Origin: a virus
Lineage: Duplodnaviria; Heunggongvirae; Uroviricota; Caudoviricetes
DNA: 41,213 nt
Reading direction: 5' to 3' (one strand)
IMG/VR virus record: IMGVR_UViG_2554235185_000012
A program made the translations under genes and the position numbers. Positions 27,858 through 39,015 of this stretch are shown here, piece after piece. Below the pieces are notes generated by a model. The model had not been told where the DNA came from and did no database searches. It saw only the letters and a list, made by a program, of their open reading frames with translations. Positions within the stretch are counted from its first letter, which is position 1. Each line of letters begins with the position of its first letter.

Positions 27858-28213
27858 TGGCCCGTATCGGGGGAACCTGTTATTTCAAAATTGACGGTCA
27901 GCAGCTATCGCTGACCGGCGGCATTGAGGTGCCCATGAACAGGACGGTCAATGATGACATCATCGGCCTGGACGGTTCAGTGGACCGCAAGGAAACTCAC
28001 CGTGCGCCTTATGTCAAAGGGACCTTCAAGGTGCCGAAGAATTTTCCGGTGAGCAAAATCACCTCGTCTGATGAGATGACCATCACTGCTGAGCTGGCGA
28101 ACGGTCAGGTCTATGTATTGTCGTCAGCCTGGCTGCACGGCGAAGCGAACCATAATGCCGAAGAAGGCACGGTTGATCTTGAGTTCCACGGTGAAGAAGG
28201 GGATTACCAGTAA
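27857..28213 (+). CDS. Tail tube protein
   Basis: 118 aa immediately after the sheath. Confidence 0.75.
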   Translation: MARIGGTCYFKIDGQQLSLTGGIEVPMNRTVNDDIIGLDGSVDRKETHRAPYVKGTFKVPKNFPVSKITSSDEMTITAELANGQVYVLSSAWLHGEANHNAEEGTVDLEFHGEEGDYQ

Positions 28214-28482
28214 TGAAAGAGCTTGAGTTAAAGAAACCGATTACCGCTCATGGCGAGACACTCTCCGTACTGGAGTTTGATGAGCCCACCGGGAAAGATG
28301 TCCGCGAGCTGGGGTATCCCTACCAGATGAATCAGGATGAGTCCGTCAGACTTCTGGCGCATGTTGTATCGAAATACATTGTGCGGCTGGCGAAAGTGCC
28401 GCAAAGCTCTGTCGACCAGATGTCTCCGGCAGACCTGAATGCAGCGGCGTGGCTTGTGGCTGGTTTTTTCCTCCAGGCCTGA
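28213..28482 (+). CDS. Tail assembly chaperone (frame 0 product)
   Basis: Between tube and tape measure; overlapping -1 frame ORF 28449..28637 linked through a slippery heptamer. Confidence 0.7.
   Translation: MKELELKKPITAHGETLSVLEFDEPTGKDVRELGYPYQMNQDESVRLLAHVVSKYIVRLAKVPQSSVDQMSPADLNAAAWLVAGFFLQA
28464..28470 (+). other. Programmed -1 ribosomal frameshift slippery site T_TTT_TTC, giving a chaperone fusion extending to 28637
   Basis: Heptamer in the X_XXY_YYZ register of the chaperone frame; downstream -1 frame open to 28637. Confidence 0.65.
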
Positions 28483-28623
28483 CGGCTGAATACCTCACTG
28501 ATCGCTTCTTTGACTGCGCCAGCTACTGGCGCATTAATCCCTTCGAATTGCTGAATATGCCGATCAGTGAAATTCCCTTGCTGGTCAGTCAGGCAAACAG
28601 GATAGAGCAGGAGAAACGCGCAC

Positions 28624-30456
28624 ATGGCGGAATTTGAGCTTAAGGCGTTGATCACCGGTGTCGACAGGCTTTCTCCCGCGCTGTCGAAAATGCAAAAGAA
28701 AATCCGGGGATTTAAACGCCAGGCGGAAGAAGCGTCACAGGGTGGGCTGGCGCTTGGAGGCGGACTGGCAGCGGGTCTGACGCTTTCCCTGAAATCTTAT
28801 GCCGATCAGGAAAACGCCGCCACCGGGCTGAAAGTCGCCATGATGGATGCGAACGGCGAGGTTGGAAAGAGCTTTCAGGACATCAATAAACTGGCTATTG
28901 GCCTGGGTAATCAGCTACCCGGTACAACGGCTGATTTCCAGAACATGATGCAGATGCTGGTGCGTCAGGGGATCCCGGCAGAAAACATTCTTGGCGGTGT
29001 GGGTAAAGCGACAGCTTATCTTGCGGTACAACTGAAAAAAACACCGGAAGCGGCTGCCGAGTTTGCCGCAAAGATGCAGGATGCTACCGGAACGGCGTCA
29101 AAAGACATGATGGGGCTGTTCGACACTATCCAGAAGGCGTTTTATCTGGGCGTTGACGATACCAACATGTTGTCCTTCTTCACTAAAACCAGCTCTGTTC
29201 TGAAGATGGTGAACAAGGACGGTCTTCAGGCTGCACAGAGCCTTGCCCCCATCAGCGTCATGATGGATCAGATGGGGATGAACGGGGAGTCGGCAGGTAA
29301 CGCCCTGCGAAAAGTTATCCAGTCCGGATTAAGCGTTAAGAAAATCAGGGACGTCAATAAAATCATGGCCCGCCAGAAACTCGGGGTACAGCTCGATTTT
29401 ACTGACGGCAAAGGGAGTTTTGGCGGTCTTGATAACATGTTCAGGCAACTGGCAAAGCTGCGAAAACTGACCGACGTTAAGCGAACAGGCGTACTTAAGG
29501 CAATATTTGGTGATGATGCCGAAACCCTTCAGGTGGTCAATGCACTAATCGATAAAGGAAAGGATGGCTACGATCAGATCCAGCAGAAGATGAATAAACA
29601 GGCCAGCCTGAATAAACGTGTTCAGGCTCAGCTTGGTACGCTGTCCAACCTGTGGGAGGCAATGACGGGGACCGCAACTAACGGTCTTGCAGCTATTGGC
29701 GGCGCATTTTCTGGTGACGCCAAAAATATCACGCAGTGGCTGGGGGAGTTGGGGGAGAAATTCACGAAGTTTGCGGATGAAAATCCCCGGGTTATTCGCG
29801 GCGTCGTCGGGCTTGCTGCCGGTCTTGCGATTCTGAAACTGGGATTGATGGGCGTTGGCGGTGCCATCAGTATTGTCAGCAGGATCATGTCGATGACGCC
29901 GATTGGCATGATTGCGACGGCGATAGCCCTGGCTGCGGGATTAATTATCACTAACTGGGATGTTGTCGGACCTTATTTTAAGAAACTCTGGGAAACCATT
30001 GGTCCTTATTTTGAGGCTGGCTGGGAACTCCTTAAGAAAGTTTTTGCCTGGTCGCCGCTGGGGATGGTGATCAATAACTGGGGACCGGTTGTTAAGTGGT
30101 TTCAGGATATGTGGGACAAGCTGAAGCCAATTATTGAGTGGTTTACCGACAGTTCCGGTGACACGGTCGATGCCATTAACTCTGCGCAGTGGGGCGCGGG
30201 TGCTTATGATGCTTATGGGACGGGAATACCGGCGCGGGGATACACACCTTATCCGGCGGTGGATCCGGCTCAGTCAAACAACGCCTCCGATGCCACAGGC
30301 CCGAATCCCTTCATGATTAACAAAGCTTCTGCGCCAAAAGTTGATGGCGAGATCAAGGTTTCATTTATGAATATGCCACCAGGTATGCGGGTTACGGAAA
30401 CACGTTCCAGTGGCATTGATATTAATCACGATGTTGGGTACACCAGATTTAGGTAA
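28624..30456 (+). CDS. Tail tape measure protein
   Basis: 610 aa, Ala/Gly-rich helical with hydrophobic central segments; follows the chaperone pair. Confidence 0.85.
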   Translation: MAEFELKALITGVDRLSPALSKMQKKIRGFKRQAEEASQGGLALGGGLAAGLTLSLKSYADQENAATGLKVAMMDANGEVGKSFQDINKLAIGLGNQLPGTTADFQNMMQMLVRQGIPAENILGGVGKATAYLAVQLKKTPEAAAEFAAKMQDATGTASKDMMGLFDTIQKAFYLGVDDTNMLSFFTKTSSVLKMVNKDGLQAAQSLAPISVMMDQMGMNGESAGNALRKVIQSGLSVKKIRDVNKIMARQKLGVQLDFTDGKGSFGGLDNMFRQLAKLRKLTDVKRTGVLKAIFGDDAETLQVVNALIDKGKDGYDQIQQKMNKQASLNKRVQAQLGTLSNLWEAMTGTATNGLAAIGGAFSGDAKNITQWLGELGEKFTKFADENPRVIRGVVGLAAGLAILKLGLMGVGGAISIVSRIMSMTPIGMIATAIALAAGLIITNWDVVGPYFKKLWETIGPYFEAGWELLKKVFAWSPLGMVINNWGPVVKWFQDMWDKLKPIIEWFTDSSGDTVDAINSAQWGAGAYDAYGTGIPARGYTPYPAVDPAQSNNASDATGPNPFMINKASAPKVDGEIKVSFMNMPPGMRVTETRSSGIDINHDVGYTRFR

Positions 30457-30490
30457 AGACGAACAGGGAGGGCCGCCCTCCCTGAACTTA

Positions 30491-30898
30491 CTGTGCGAAC
30501 ACGCAATTTCGGCCTGATGGGGAGCCGACAATTCTGGACATTTTTCCGCAAATAACAGTTACTTGTTCTCCTTTTTTAAGAGCAGCAGCTGTTGATTTTT
30601 CAGAGTCTTGCATCTCCATTCTTGCTGGCATGAATTCATTTTCAGTTCTGAATTTAATAATTATAGAGTCAGTAAAGTCCTTATCAATGGATTGTACGAT
30701 ACCTCTAACGGCGATTAATTTACCTTTTAACTGTTCATCGGTAGCGACTTCATTTTCTTCATACTCTTTAAACAGCTGTCGAGCAGTAGTGTTGTAGATT
30801 TCTTTTTGCGGTGCCGCAGCTTCCGTATCGGATGAGTATGAAGAATTAGAGCCTTTATCGTTACCAGTAAATATTACTACTGATAATAAATATGGGAC
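30491..30898 (-). pseudogene. Start-less protein-like antisense ORF (~136 codons); probable 5-prime-truncated moron remnant or gene with non-canonical start
   Basis: Translated codon by codon: open from stop at 30899..30901 to stop at 30488..30490, first ATG only at 30629..30631; reads protein-like; AT-rich insert between GC-rich tail genes. Confidence 0.4.
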
Positions 30899-30902
30899 TT
30901 AT

Positions 30903-32228
30903 ATGACGTGGAAAGACAGACTTCAGGACGCGTCATTTCGCGGCGTGCCGTTTAAGGTTGAAGAAGAAAGTGCGGGAACCGGTCGCCGTGTGGAAACACA
31001 TGAATACCCGAACCGCGACAAACCCTATACCGAAGACCTGGGGAAAATCACTTTTCGCCCGTCCATCACGGCTTATGTGGTGGGAGATGACTGCTTTGAC
31101 CAGCGCGATCGCCTGATTGACGCGCTGAATAAACCCGGTCCCGGCACGCTTGTCCATCCGACATACGGTGAGCTGAAAGTCTGTGTTGACGGAGAAGTTC
31201 GGGTCAGCACATCGAAGAGTGAAGGGCGTATTGTCCGCTTTGACCTGAAGTTTGTCGAAGCGGGAGAACTCTCTTACCCCACTTCAGGTGCGGCGACGGC
31301 GCAGACGCTGATGTCATCCTGTTCTGCACTGGATGACTGCATCAGTGACAGCTTCAGAGGTTTCAGTATCGATGGCGTGGCGGATTTCGTGCAGAACGAC
31401 GTCGTCGGTAATGTCAGCACAATGCTTGGGTATGTTTCTGATGCGATGAAAGTGGTGGATTCTGCCGTATCGGATGCTGCCAGGCTGTTGCAGGGGGATA
31501 TCTCGGTACTTCTGCCGCCACCATCGTCAGGCAAAAATCTCGTTGAGCAGGTGCAGAAAATGTGGCGTACCGGGAAACGCCTTTATGGTAACGCCAGCGA
31601 CCTGGTCACCATGATCAAAACGCTTTCCGGTGTCAGCCTCGGCAGCGATCTGCAACCGCGCGGCGTCTGGAAAACGGACAGTAAAACCACCGCCACGGCT
31701 ACGCAGCAGCGTAACGTGGTTGCCAGCACCCTTCGTACGACCGCAATCAGCGAAGCGGCGTATGCCGTCACCCGATTGCCTGCGCCAACAACTTCCGCGG
31801 TGATGCAGAATGCCGCAGTGGGGCAGGCAACAACACCTGCGCAGAGCACTGGCTGGCCTTCCGTCACGCATCCGGCACTGAACAATGCACCGACGGTGAA
31901 AAACACAGTTGACCTGCCGACGTGGGAAGAACTGACTGACATTCGCGACACACTGAATACGGCAATTGATAAGGAGTTGTCCCGTACAACCAGTGATGCG
32001 CTGTTTCTGGCGCTGCGCCGGGTGAAAGCAGATCTGAATGCGGATATCAACACGCGCCTTGAACAGTCTGCACGGATCATTCAGCGCACGCCGGATGAGG
32101 TTTTACCCGCGCTGGTGCTGGCGGCGACCTGGTTTGATAACGCGGCGCGTGACGCGGACATTATCCGGCGTAATGCCATTACGCATCCCGGATTTGTGCC
32201 GGTGATCCCTCTGAAGGTGCCAGTGTAA
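30903..32228 (+). CDS. DNA circularization protein (Mu N-like)
   Basis: 441 aa directly downstream of the tape measure region. Confidence 0.65.
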   Translation: MTWKDRLQDASFRGVPFKVEEESAGTGRRVETHEYPNRDKPYTEDLGKITFRPSITAYVVGDDCFDQRDRLIDALNKPGPGTLVHPTYGELKVCVDGEVRVSTSKSEGRIVRFDLKFVEAGELSYPTSGAATAQTLMSSCSALDDCISDSFRGFSIDGVADFVQNDVVGNVSTMLGYVSDAMKVVDSAVSDAARLLQGDISVLLPPPSSGKNLVEQVQKMWRTGKRLYGNASDLVTMIKTLSGVSLGSDLQPRGVWKTDSKTTATATQQRNVVASTLRTTAISEAAYAVTRLPAPTTSAVMQNAAVGQATTPAQSTGWPSVTHPALNNAPTVKNTVDLPTWEELTDIRDTLNTAIDKELSRTTSDALFLALRRVKADLNADINTRLEQSARIIQRTPDEVLPALVLAATWFDNAARDADIIRRNAITHPGFVPVIPLKVPV

Positions 32229-33307
32229 TGAACGATAACGTCACGCTACGGGTAAATGGCCGGGAGTGGAATGGCTGGACATCGGTGCGCATCGGTGCCG
32301 GTGTTGAACGACTGGCGCGGGATTTCAGTGTGGAGATCACTCGCCAGTGGCCGGGAGATGAGGGTATCACCACGCTTCAGCCGCGCATTAAAAACGGTTC
32401 AAAAGTGGAAGTGCTGATTGGTGATGAGCTGGTGATCACCGGCTGGGTGGAGGCGACTCCCGTTCGTTACGATGCCCGTTCGGTCAGCACCGGTATTGCC
32501 GGACGTAGTCTGACGGCTGACCTGATTGACTGTGCAGCCGAACCGACACAGTTTAACGGACGCTCGCTGGTGCAGATTGCGCAGGCGCTTGCTGCGCCTT
32601 TCGGCATTGAGGTGGTGAACAGCGGTGCGCCGTCGGGTGTTATTCCTGATGTTCAGCCTGATCACGGTGAAACGGTGATTGAGGTAATCAACAAAATACT
32701 CGGTCAGCAGCAGGCGCTGGCTTATGACGACCCGCACGGCAGGCTGGTGATTGGTGGTATTGGCTCAACGCGGGCACATACCGCGCTGGTACTCGGGGAA
32801 AACATCCTTTCCTGCGATACGGAGAAGAGTATCCGGGAGCGGTTTTCTGTTTACCAGGTGGCGGGGCAGCGTGCCGGAAACGACGATGATTTCGGTGAGG
32901 CCACCACCACCGCGCTGCGGGCCCGCACAGAGGACGCATTTATTGCCCGTTACCGTCCGATGTATATCAGGCAGACAGGACAGGCTACGGGGGCTGGCTG
33001 TATTGCCCGTGCGGACTTTGAAGCCCGACAACGGGCGGCGCGGACGGATGAAACCACCTATGTGGTGCAGGGCTGGCGACAGGGTAACGGTACGCTGTGG
33101 CAGCCCAACCAGCGGGTGATTGTCTTTGATCCGGTCTGTGGTTTCGACAACACCGAACTGCTTGTTTCGGAAGTCACGTTTACTCAGGACCAGAACGGCA
33201 CCCTGACGGAAATCCGTGTCGGCCCACCAGATGCTTATCTGCCTGAACCCGAAGCCCCCGGCGCGCGGAAAAAGAAAAAAGCCAGAGTACAGGAGGACCC
33301 GTTCTGA
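32228..33307 (+). CDS. Baseplate hub / tail protein (Mu P-like)
   Basis: Position and size in Mu-type baseplate module. Confidence 0.6.
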   Translation: MNDNVTLRVNGREWNGWTSVRIGAGVERLARDFSVEITRQWPGDEGITTLQPRIKNGSKVEVLIGDELVITGWVEATPVRYDARSVSTGIAGRSLTADLIDCAAEPTQFNGRSLVQIAQALAAPFGIEVVNSGAPSGVIPDVQPDHGETVIEVINKILGQQQALAYDDPHGRLVIGGIGSTRAHTALVLGENILSCDTEKSIRERFSVYQVAGQRAGNDDDFGEATTTALRARTEDAFIARYRPMYIRQTGQATGAGCIARADFEARQRAARTDETTYVVQGWRQGNGTLWQPNQRVIVFDPVCGFDNTELLVSEVTFTQDQNGTLTEIRVGPPDAYLPEPEAPGARKKKKARVQEDPF

Positions 33308-33855
33308 TGAGGACGATTGAAGCCATGCAGCGACAACTCCTCGGCCTGATTGGGCGGGCCGTGGTGAAAAGCATCAGTGCCGCCACGAAATGTCAGACCG
33401 TGGATGTGTCCCTGATTGCCGGTGAACCCAAAGCCGGGGTTGAACATCTTGAACCCTACGGTTTTACTGCAAGGGCAAACAGTGGTGCGGAAGCGGTGGT
33501 GTTGTTTCCGGATGGCGACCGTTCTCATGCGGTGGTTGTTACGGTGTCGGACCGTCGCTACCGCCTGAAAGGGCTGCAGACGGGGGAGGTGGCTGTCTAT
33601 GACGATCAGGGGCAGTCCGTGACGCTGACCCGGGAGGGGATTGTGGTGGACGGTGCAGGTAAAACGATCACGTTTCGCAATGCACCTGAAGCACGTTTTG
33701 AAATGGACCTGGAAGTGACAGGACAGGTGAAAGACCTGTGCGACTCCGGCGGCACCACCATGTCAGCGATGCGGCTTGCCTATAACGGGCATCGTCACAG
33801 AGAGAACGGTCAGGGCAGTAACACCGACAAACCTGATAAATCGATGGAGGCATGA
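33307..33855 (+). CDS. Baseplate assembly protein V-like (spike)
   Basis: Position in Mu-type baseplate module. Confidence 0.55.
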   Translation: MRTIEAMQRQLLGLIGRAVVKSISAATKCQTVDVSLIAGEPKAGVEHLEPYGFTARANSGAEAVVLFPDGDRSHAVVVTVSDRRYRLKGLQTGEVAVYDDQGQSVTLTREGIVVDGAGKTITFRNAPEARFEMDLEVTGQVKDLCDSGGTTMSAMRLAYNGHRHRENGQGSNTDKPDKSMEA

Positions 33856-34280
33856 TGGAACTGTGGCTGACGGTGAACGGTAAACGCACCTGCGCCAGCG
33901 CACCGCTGGATCCGCTGACCCGCGCCGTGGTGATTTCCCTGTTTACCTGGCGGCGGGCGGAGCCTGATGACAATGCCGACGTCCCGATGGGATGGTGGGG
34001 GGATACCTGGCCTGAGGTACAGAATGACCGTTACGGCTCCCGACTGTGGCTGCTTCAGCGCAGCAAACTGACCAATCAACTGGTGCAGACGGTAAGGGGG
34101 TATATCCGCGAATGCCTGCAATGGATGATTGATGACGGCGTGGTGTCCCGTATTGATCTGGATATCCGCCGCACCGGGATTAATGAACTGGGTAACAGTA
34201 TCACTCTCTGGCGTCGTGACGGACCGGTAATGATTTCTTTTGATGATCTGTGGAGTGCGATAACGCATGGCGGACAGTGA
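33852..34280 (+). CDS. Mu gp46-like baseplate protein
   Basis: Order and size in baseplate module. Confidence 0.55.
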   Translation: MMELWLTVNGKRTCASAPLDPLTRAVVISLFTWRRAEPDDNADVPMGWWGDTWPEVQNDRYGSRLWLLQRSKLTNQLVQTVRGYIRECLQWMIDDGVVSRIDLDIRRTGINELGNSITLWRRDGPVMISFDDLWSAITHGGQ

Positions 34281-35325
34281 ATTTCAGCGCCCGACGCTGG
34301 CAGAAAATATCAGTATGCTCCGTAACGATTTATTCGCCAGGCTGGACGTCAGCGACACGCTCCGGCGCATGGATGAAGACGTGCGGGCAAAGGTGTATGC
34401 GGCGGCGCTGCATACGGTTTACGGGTACATCGATTATCTGGCAATGAACATGCTGCCTGACCTGTGCGATGAGTCCTGGCTGGCGCGACATGCTGCGATG
34501 AAACGGTGTCCGCGCAAGGGGGCCACGGCTGCCAGCGGGTATATGCGCTGGGAAGGTGTCAGCGATGGCCTGAAGGTGACCGCCGGAAGTGTTATTCAGC
34601 GCGATGACCTGGTTCAGTACACGGCAACTGCCGATGCAACCAGCACCGGTGGTGTCCTGCGCGTGCCGATCGCCTGCTCAAGTGCAGGCGCGGTCGGTAA
34701 CGCTGACGACGGTACGTCATTAATCCTGGTCACGCCGGTTAATGGTCTGCCGTCTTCCGGCGAGGCAGATACCCTGACAGGTGGATTTGATACTGAAGAG
34801 CTGGAAACGTGGCGCGCCCGCGTCATTGAGCGGTATTACTGGACGCCTCAGGGCGGGGCTGACGGGGACTATGTCGTCTGGGCTAAAGAAGTGCCCGGCA
34901 TTACCCGCGCATGGACATACCGACACTGGATGGGAACGGGGACTGTCGGTGTGATGATTGCCAGCAGTGACCTGATTAACCCCATTCCGGAAGAATCAAC
35001 GGAAACGGCGGCAAGACAACATATCGAGCCACTGGCCCCGGTGGCAGGCTCTGATTTGTATGTATTCAGGCCGGTGGCGCACAAAGTGGATTTTCATATC
35101 CGCGTGACGCCGGACACACCGGAAATACGGGCTGCCATCACCGCGGAGTTGCGTTCATTCCTGCTGCGTGATGGTTATCCGCAGGGAGAGCTTAAGGTAT
35201 CGCGTATCAGTGAAGCGATTTCCGGTGCGAACGGGGAATACAGCCATCAGTTGCTTGCTCCGGCGGACAATATCTCCATTGCAAAAAATGAACTGGCGGT
35301 TCTGGGGACGATTTCATGGACGTGA
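34267..35325 (+). CDS. Baseplate J-like protein (Mu gp47-like)
   Basis: 352 aa; order in baseplate module. Confidence 0.6.
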   Translation: MADSEFQRPTLAENISMLRNDLFARLDVSDTLRRMDEDVRAKVYAAALHTVYGYIDYLAMNMLPDLCDESWLARHAAMKRCPRKGATAASGYMRWEGVSDGLKVTAGSVIQRDDLVQYTATADATSTGGVLRVPIACSSAGAVGNADDGTSLILVTPVNGLPSSGEADTLTGGFDTEELETWRARVIERYYWTPQGGADGDYVVWAKEVPGITRAWTYRHWMGTGTVGVMIASSDLINPIPEESTETAARQHIEPLAPVAGSDLYVFRPVAHKVDFHIRVTPDTPEIRAAITAELRSFLLRDGYPQGELKVSRISEAISGANGEYSHQLLAPADNISIAKNELAVLGTISWT

Positions 35326-35900
35326 CAAACGATGATTACATCCGTCTGTTGTCGGCACTGTTGCCCCCTGGTCCGGCGTGGTCAGCCAGCGATCCGGCGA
35401 TTGCCGGTGCGGCACAGTCATTAACCCGTGCTCATCAGCGTGCGGATGCCCTGATGCGGGAGCTGGATCCGCGCACCACCACCGAACTGATAAACCGCTG
35501 GGAGCGTCTGTGCGGCCTGCCGGATGAATGTATTCCGGCAGGGACGCAGACCCTTCGCCAGCGTCAGCAACGGCTGGATGCGAAGGTTAACCTGGCGGGT
35601 GGCATCAATGAGGATTTTTACCTTGCGCAGCTTGCTGCCCTGGGCAGACCAGATGCCACCATCACGCGATACGACAAAAGCACGTTCACCTGCTCATCGG
35701 CCTGTACTGACGCGGTGAATGCGCCGGAATGGCGGTATTACTGGCAGGTCAATATGCCAGCTGCCACCAACACCACCTGGATGACATGTGGCGATCCCTG
35801 TGATTCCGCACTGCGTATCTGGGGGGACACCGTTGTCGAGTGCGTGCTTAACAAACTCTGCCCGTCGCATACCTACGTAATTTTTAAATATCCGGAGTAA
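35316..35900 (+). CDS. Mu gp48-like (YmfQ/DUF2313-type) tail protein
   Basis: Order, immediately before tail fiber. Confidence 0.55.
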   Translation: MDVTNDDYIRLLSALLPPGPAWSASDPAIAGAAQSLTRAHQRADALMRELDPRTTTELINRWERLCGLPDECIPAGTQTLRQRQQRLDAKVNLAGGINEDFYLAQLAALGRPDATITRYDKSTFTCSSACTDAVNAPEWRYYWQVNMPAATNTTWMTCGDPCDSALRIWGDTVVECVLNKLCPSHTYVIFKYPE

Positions 35901-35903
35901 TTC

Positions 35904-36836
35904 ATGCATCGTATAGACACGAAAACCGCGCAGAAGGATAAGTTCGGCGCGGGTAAGAACGGTTTTACCCGTGGTAACCCCCAGACCGGCACGCCTGCCA
36001 CCGATCTGGATGATGACTACTTTGACATGTTGCAGGAGGAGCTTTGCAGCGTGGTGGAGGCATCCGGTGCCAGCCTGGAGAAGGGGCGGCATGACCAGTT
36101 GCTTACAGCGCTTCGTGAGCTGCTGTTAAGCCGCAAGAATCCGTTTGGCGATATCAAATCGGATGGCACGGTGAAAACGGCTCTCGAAAACCTTGGTTTG
36201 GGAGATGGCTCGGGGCGTTACAGCAAAACTGTCGTTTTTTCATCGTCGGGTTCATATACGTGGCCAGCTGACGTAAAACGAATTGACGTTATTCTGACTG
36301 CGGCGGGCGGCGGTGGCGGTGGATGTAACGCGGAGAACGCAAATCAGACATTTTCAGGGGCTGGCGGAGGAGCCGGAGGTACTGTTTTTGCCACTATTTA
36401 TGCGACAGACAACGATGCCGGGCCAGGAACCTATACAGTGACAATTGGCAGCGGTGGTAGTGGTGCCAATGGGGCAGGGTCTGGAAATAATGGCGGTAAT
36501 AGTTCGTTCATGACATTAACTGCGCTCGGCGGCCAGGGTGGGCAATGGGGCGGCGCTACAAATACCGCTGGCGGGCGCGGTGGCTCAGGTTCTGGCGGTT
36601 ATAAAACTGAACAAGGCGGAGACGGTTCAGACGGACAGGCGGGCCAGGCGCTATTAGTAGGCAATGGGGCATCGAGCTATTGGGGTGGCGGCGGCCGCGC
36701 TGGGCAACTGAGCGGTAATCCTGGAGTTTGCTCTGGCTCCGGCGGCGGGGGTGCATACGATAATAGCTATTCACACACGTCAGGACGTGGCGGGCACGGA
36801 GCTAATGGCGTGCTGGTAATTCGGGAGTACATGTAA
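35904..36836 (+). CDS. Tail fiber protein with conserved N-terminus and glycine-rich C-terminal domain
   Basis: N-terminus [26 protein letters not shown] typical of side tail fibers; C-terminal GGxGG-rich segment; followed by tfa. Confidence 0.75.
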   Translation: MHRIDTKTAQKDKFGAGKNGFTRGNPQTGTPATDLDDDYFDMLQEELCSVVEASGASLEKGRHDQLLTALRELLLSRKNPFGDIKSDGTVKTALENLGLGDGSGRYSKTVVFSSSGSYTWPADVKRIDVILTAAGGGGGGCNAENANQTFSGAGGGAGGTVFATIYATDNDAGPGTYTVTIGSGGSGANGAGSGNNGGNSSFMTLTALGGQGGQWGGATNTAGGRGGSGSGGYKTEQGGDGSDGQAGQALLVGNGASSYWGGGGRAGQLSGNPGVCSGSGGGGAYDNSYSHTSGRGGHGANGVLVIREYM

Positions 36837-37241
36837 ATGAATGATGTCTATGCAGTTGTTGATAATAACGTTGTTATTAATGTCATTATCTGGGACGGAA
36901 TTTCTGAATGGAAACCAGAGGCTGGTAATTTAGTTCCGTTAAACGGCGATGCTGGCATCGGTTGGTCATATTCAGACGGAGTATTTACCGCGCCACCTCC
37001 CCCAGAACGCTCTCACAACGCGTTAGTTGCGGAGGCTGAGCTGCAGAAATCAGCACTACTGACCGTAGCAAATAACGCAATAGCACCGCTGCAGGATGCC
37101 GTTGATTTGGAAATGGCGACAGACGATGAACAGACGTTACTGCTGGCGTGGAAAAAATACAGGGTACTGCTGAACCGTGTTGATACCTCAGCGGCACCCG
37201 AAATAGAGTGGCCTACGCAACCGGGGGAGCGGGCCAGTTGA
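36837..37241 (+). CDS. tfa: Tail fiber assembly protein (Tfa)
   Basis: C-terminus [33 protein letters not shown] typical of Tfa chaperones. Confidence 0.8.
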   Translation: MNDVYAVVDNNVVINVIIWDGISEWKPEAGNLVPLNGDAGIGWSYSDGVFTAPPPPERSHNALVAEAELQKSALLTVANNAIAPLQDAVDLEMATDDEQTLLLAWKKYRVLLNRVDTSAAPEIEWPTQPGERAS

Positions 37242-37470
37242 TATCAGGCGCAGCGTCAGCATCAACTGCTGTCACTGCGTCGATGTAGTCGAGTACCGCA
37301 TTCAGCCGCGTTTTTTCATCATCAGTCAGTTTGCGGCCTGCACTTCTCCGTTGGCATCTTTGTTATATGGTACAACTGCGCAGAGGCCTGTCTCTTCAAT
37401 TGTGCCAGTTGAATACTACGATACAACGCTCGGCCTTCCTGTTTGGTGGAACATAACCACATCCACATGG
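37213..37470 (-). pseudogene. Inverted, frameshifted remnant of a second tail fiber assembly gene
   Basis: Minus-strand translation gives [37 protein letters not shown] (Tfa C-terminus) ending at 37213, convergent with tfa; upstream Tfa-like text lies in another frame. Confidence 0.5.
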
Positions 37471-37539
37471 AAAAGAGCTGATGGTGCAGATGTATAATTC
37501 TGGTGCCGCGCATGCGGCACCAATAAAAAACATATTAAA

Positions 37540-39015
37540 CTAAAGTGAATCTATTCCATTTTTCCAAATAAGAACTTTTTTGTCTTGTATTTTATGAGTG
37601 CTATCAGGCTGCCCAAACTGTTTTATGGCCTTTTCCTCTTGCTCTACATCATCAGCAATTAAAAAATTAGCTCCTTTTTGGTACCATTCTTTTTTTGATA
37701 ACCAATTATATGGTGTGAATCTATCACCATACGACTCAAATGGAGCTACGTTGATATCACTAAATCCAGCAACAGATGATGCAAACCAAAATGATGCATA
37801 ACCTCTTTGTAGTTTATTTTTTATTAAGAAATCTCTTAATTCTATTGTAATATCATTTTTATTAACAATGTTTTTTGTTGTTGCCATCGTTGGCAACGAT
37901 AACGCAATAACGATTAATGATATTAGTAAATTTGTCTTCACTGGTAAGGAGAAAGAATTTCTAGCAATCACAATTGACATGAAAATAAACGTTGGGACTA
38001 TGTATCTAATTGAGAAAAGATTTGTTGGCCTGTCACTTGAAACATAGGCAATCAACATGACTAATGATGATACAATAAGAACCTGGTCAATAAAATCAAT
38101 TTCTTTAAATTTAAGAATGTTTTTATAAGATAAAAATAAGAATACAAAAATGAAAAACACCTTTATCATGGTGAATAATGAGTTAAAGCTACCTATCTCC
38201 ATTCCAAACGCGTACCCACCAAAAAATTTGAATACGCCCATGATAACAAGAGATATGTTGCTTGTTATTTGTTGAAACTCTACTATGTGAGGTTTGGTTA
38301 TGCCTGGCAGGTTAAATCCACCAAGCTTAATGAATATAAATGATATGAGCTCAGCAATAAATATAGATGATATAGTGAAAACCAACAATAACAAATCATT
38401 AGTATTCAACGAATCTCTTTTCATTAGAGAAGCATACATTCTATATATGCAAACAAAAACTATAGGTATTATAAAGGCATATTTAGATATATCATCACTA
38501 AAAACAAGCAACGATAACATAAATACATATGGAAAAAGTAATTTTAAATCATTTTTCTTTCTGTATCTATCTATTATTAGTATGATCGCCAGCATGTAAA
38601 TGTACGCACCAATATGTATACATGCTATAAGCATTATACTTGATGAGAAAACCGTTGGAATTCCAAATACAGAAAGAACAGGCCATAACGATGCCCTGCT
38701 TTTAGTATGAGAGATATATAGCGATAGTGTTACTAACATAGACATGAAAATTCCAGGCACAATATAGTACAGATTTTCATTAAATCCTATTATTTTTATC
38801 GCTATAGCATATGGTATTATTTCTGTGAAATAGAATGATACAGTTGATAAATCCCACCCACTGAGAAAAATATTTCCTTCAGTAATATCCCTTGCCTCTC
38901 TGAATGAAGACATGACATCTGAGTTTGGAATTATGTTTTTAGCAATCATTGAGTAAATTATTGATAATACAATAAATGTTGCCAGCCAATATAAAAGCTC
39001 AAGCTTCTTGCTCAT
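37540..39015 (-). CDS. Serotype-specific O-antigen glucosyltransferase (GtrC-type polytopic membrane protein)
   Basis: 491 aa, many TM segments, very AT-rich; directly downstream of gtrB and gtrA. Confidence 0.7.
   Translation of the reverse strand: MSKKLELLYWLATFIVLSIIYSMIAKNIIPNSDVMSSFREARDITEGNIFLSGWDLSTVSFYFTEIIPYAIAIKIIGFNENLYYIVPGIFMSMLVTLSLYISHTKSRASLWPVLSVFGIPTVFSSSIMLIACIHIGAYIYMLAIILIIDRYRKKNDLKLLFPYVFMLSLLVFSDDISKYAFIIPIVFVCIYRMYASLMKRDSLNTNDLLLLVFTISSIFIAELISFIFIKLGGFNLPGITKPHIVEFQQITSNISLVIMGVFKFFGGYAFGMEIGSFNSLFTMIKVFFIFVFLFLSYKNILKFKEIDFIDQVLIVSSLVMLIAYVSSDRPTNLFSIRYIVPTFIFMSIVIARNSFSLPVKTNLLISLIVIALSLPTMATTKNIVNKNDITIELRDFLIKNKLQRGYASFWFASSVAGFSDINVAPFESYGDRFTPYNWLSKKEWYQKGANFLIADDVEQEEKAIKQFGQPDSTHKIQDKKVLIWKNGIDSL

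Noticed and set aside
36250-36800. Repetitive GGC/GGT-rich DNA considered as a tandem repeat or mobile element
   Set aside because: It is the coding sequence of the glycine-rich C-terminal domain of the tail fiber, in frame.
37502-37521. Palindromic hairpin GGTGCCGC-GCAT-GCGGCACC near the gtrC stop
   Set aside because: Neither strand has a following U-tract, so it is not a canonical intrinsic terminator; function unclear.
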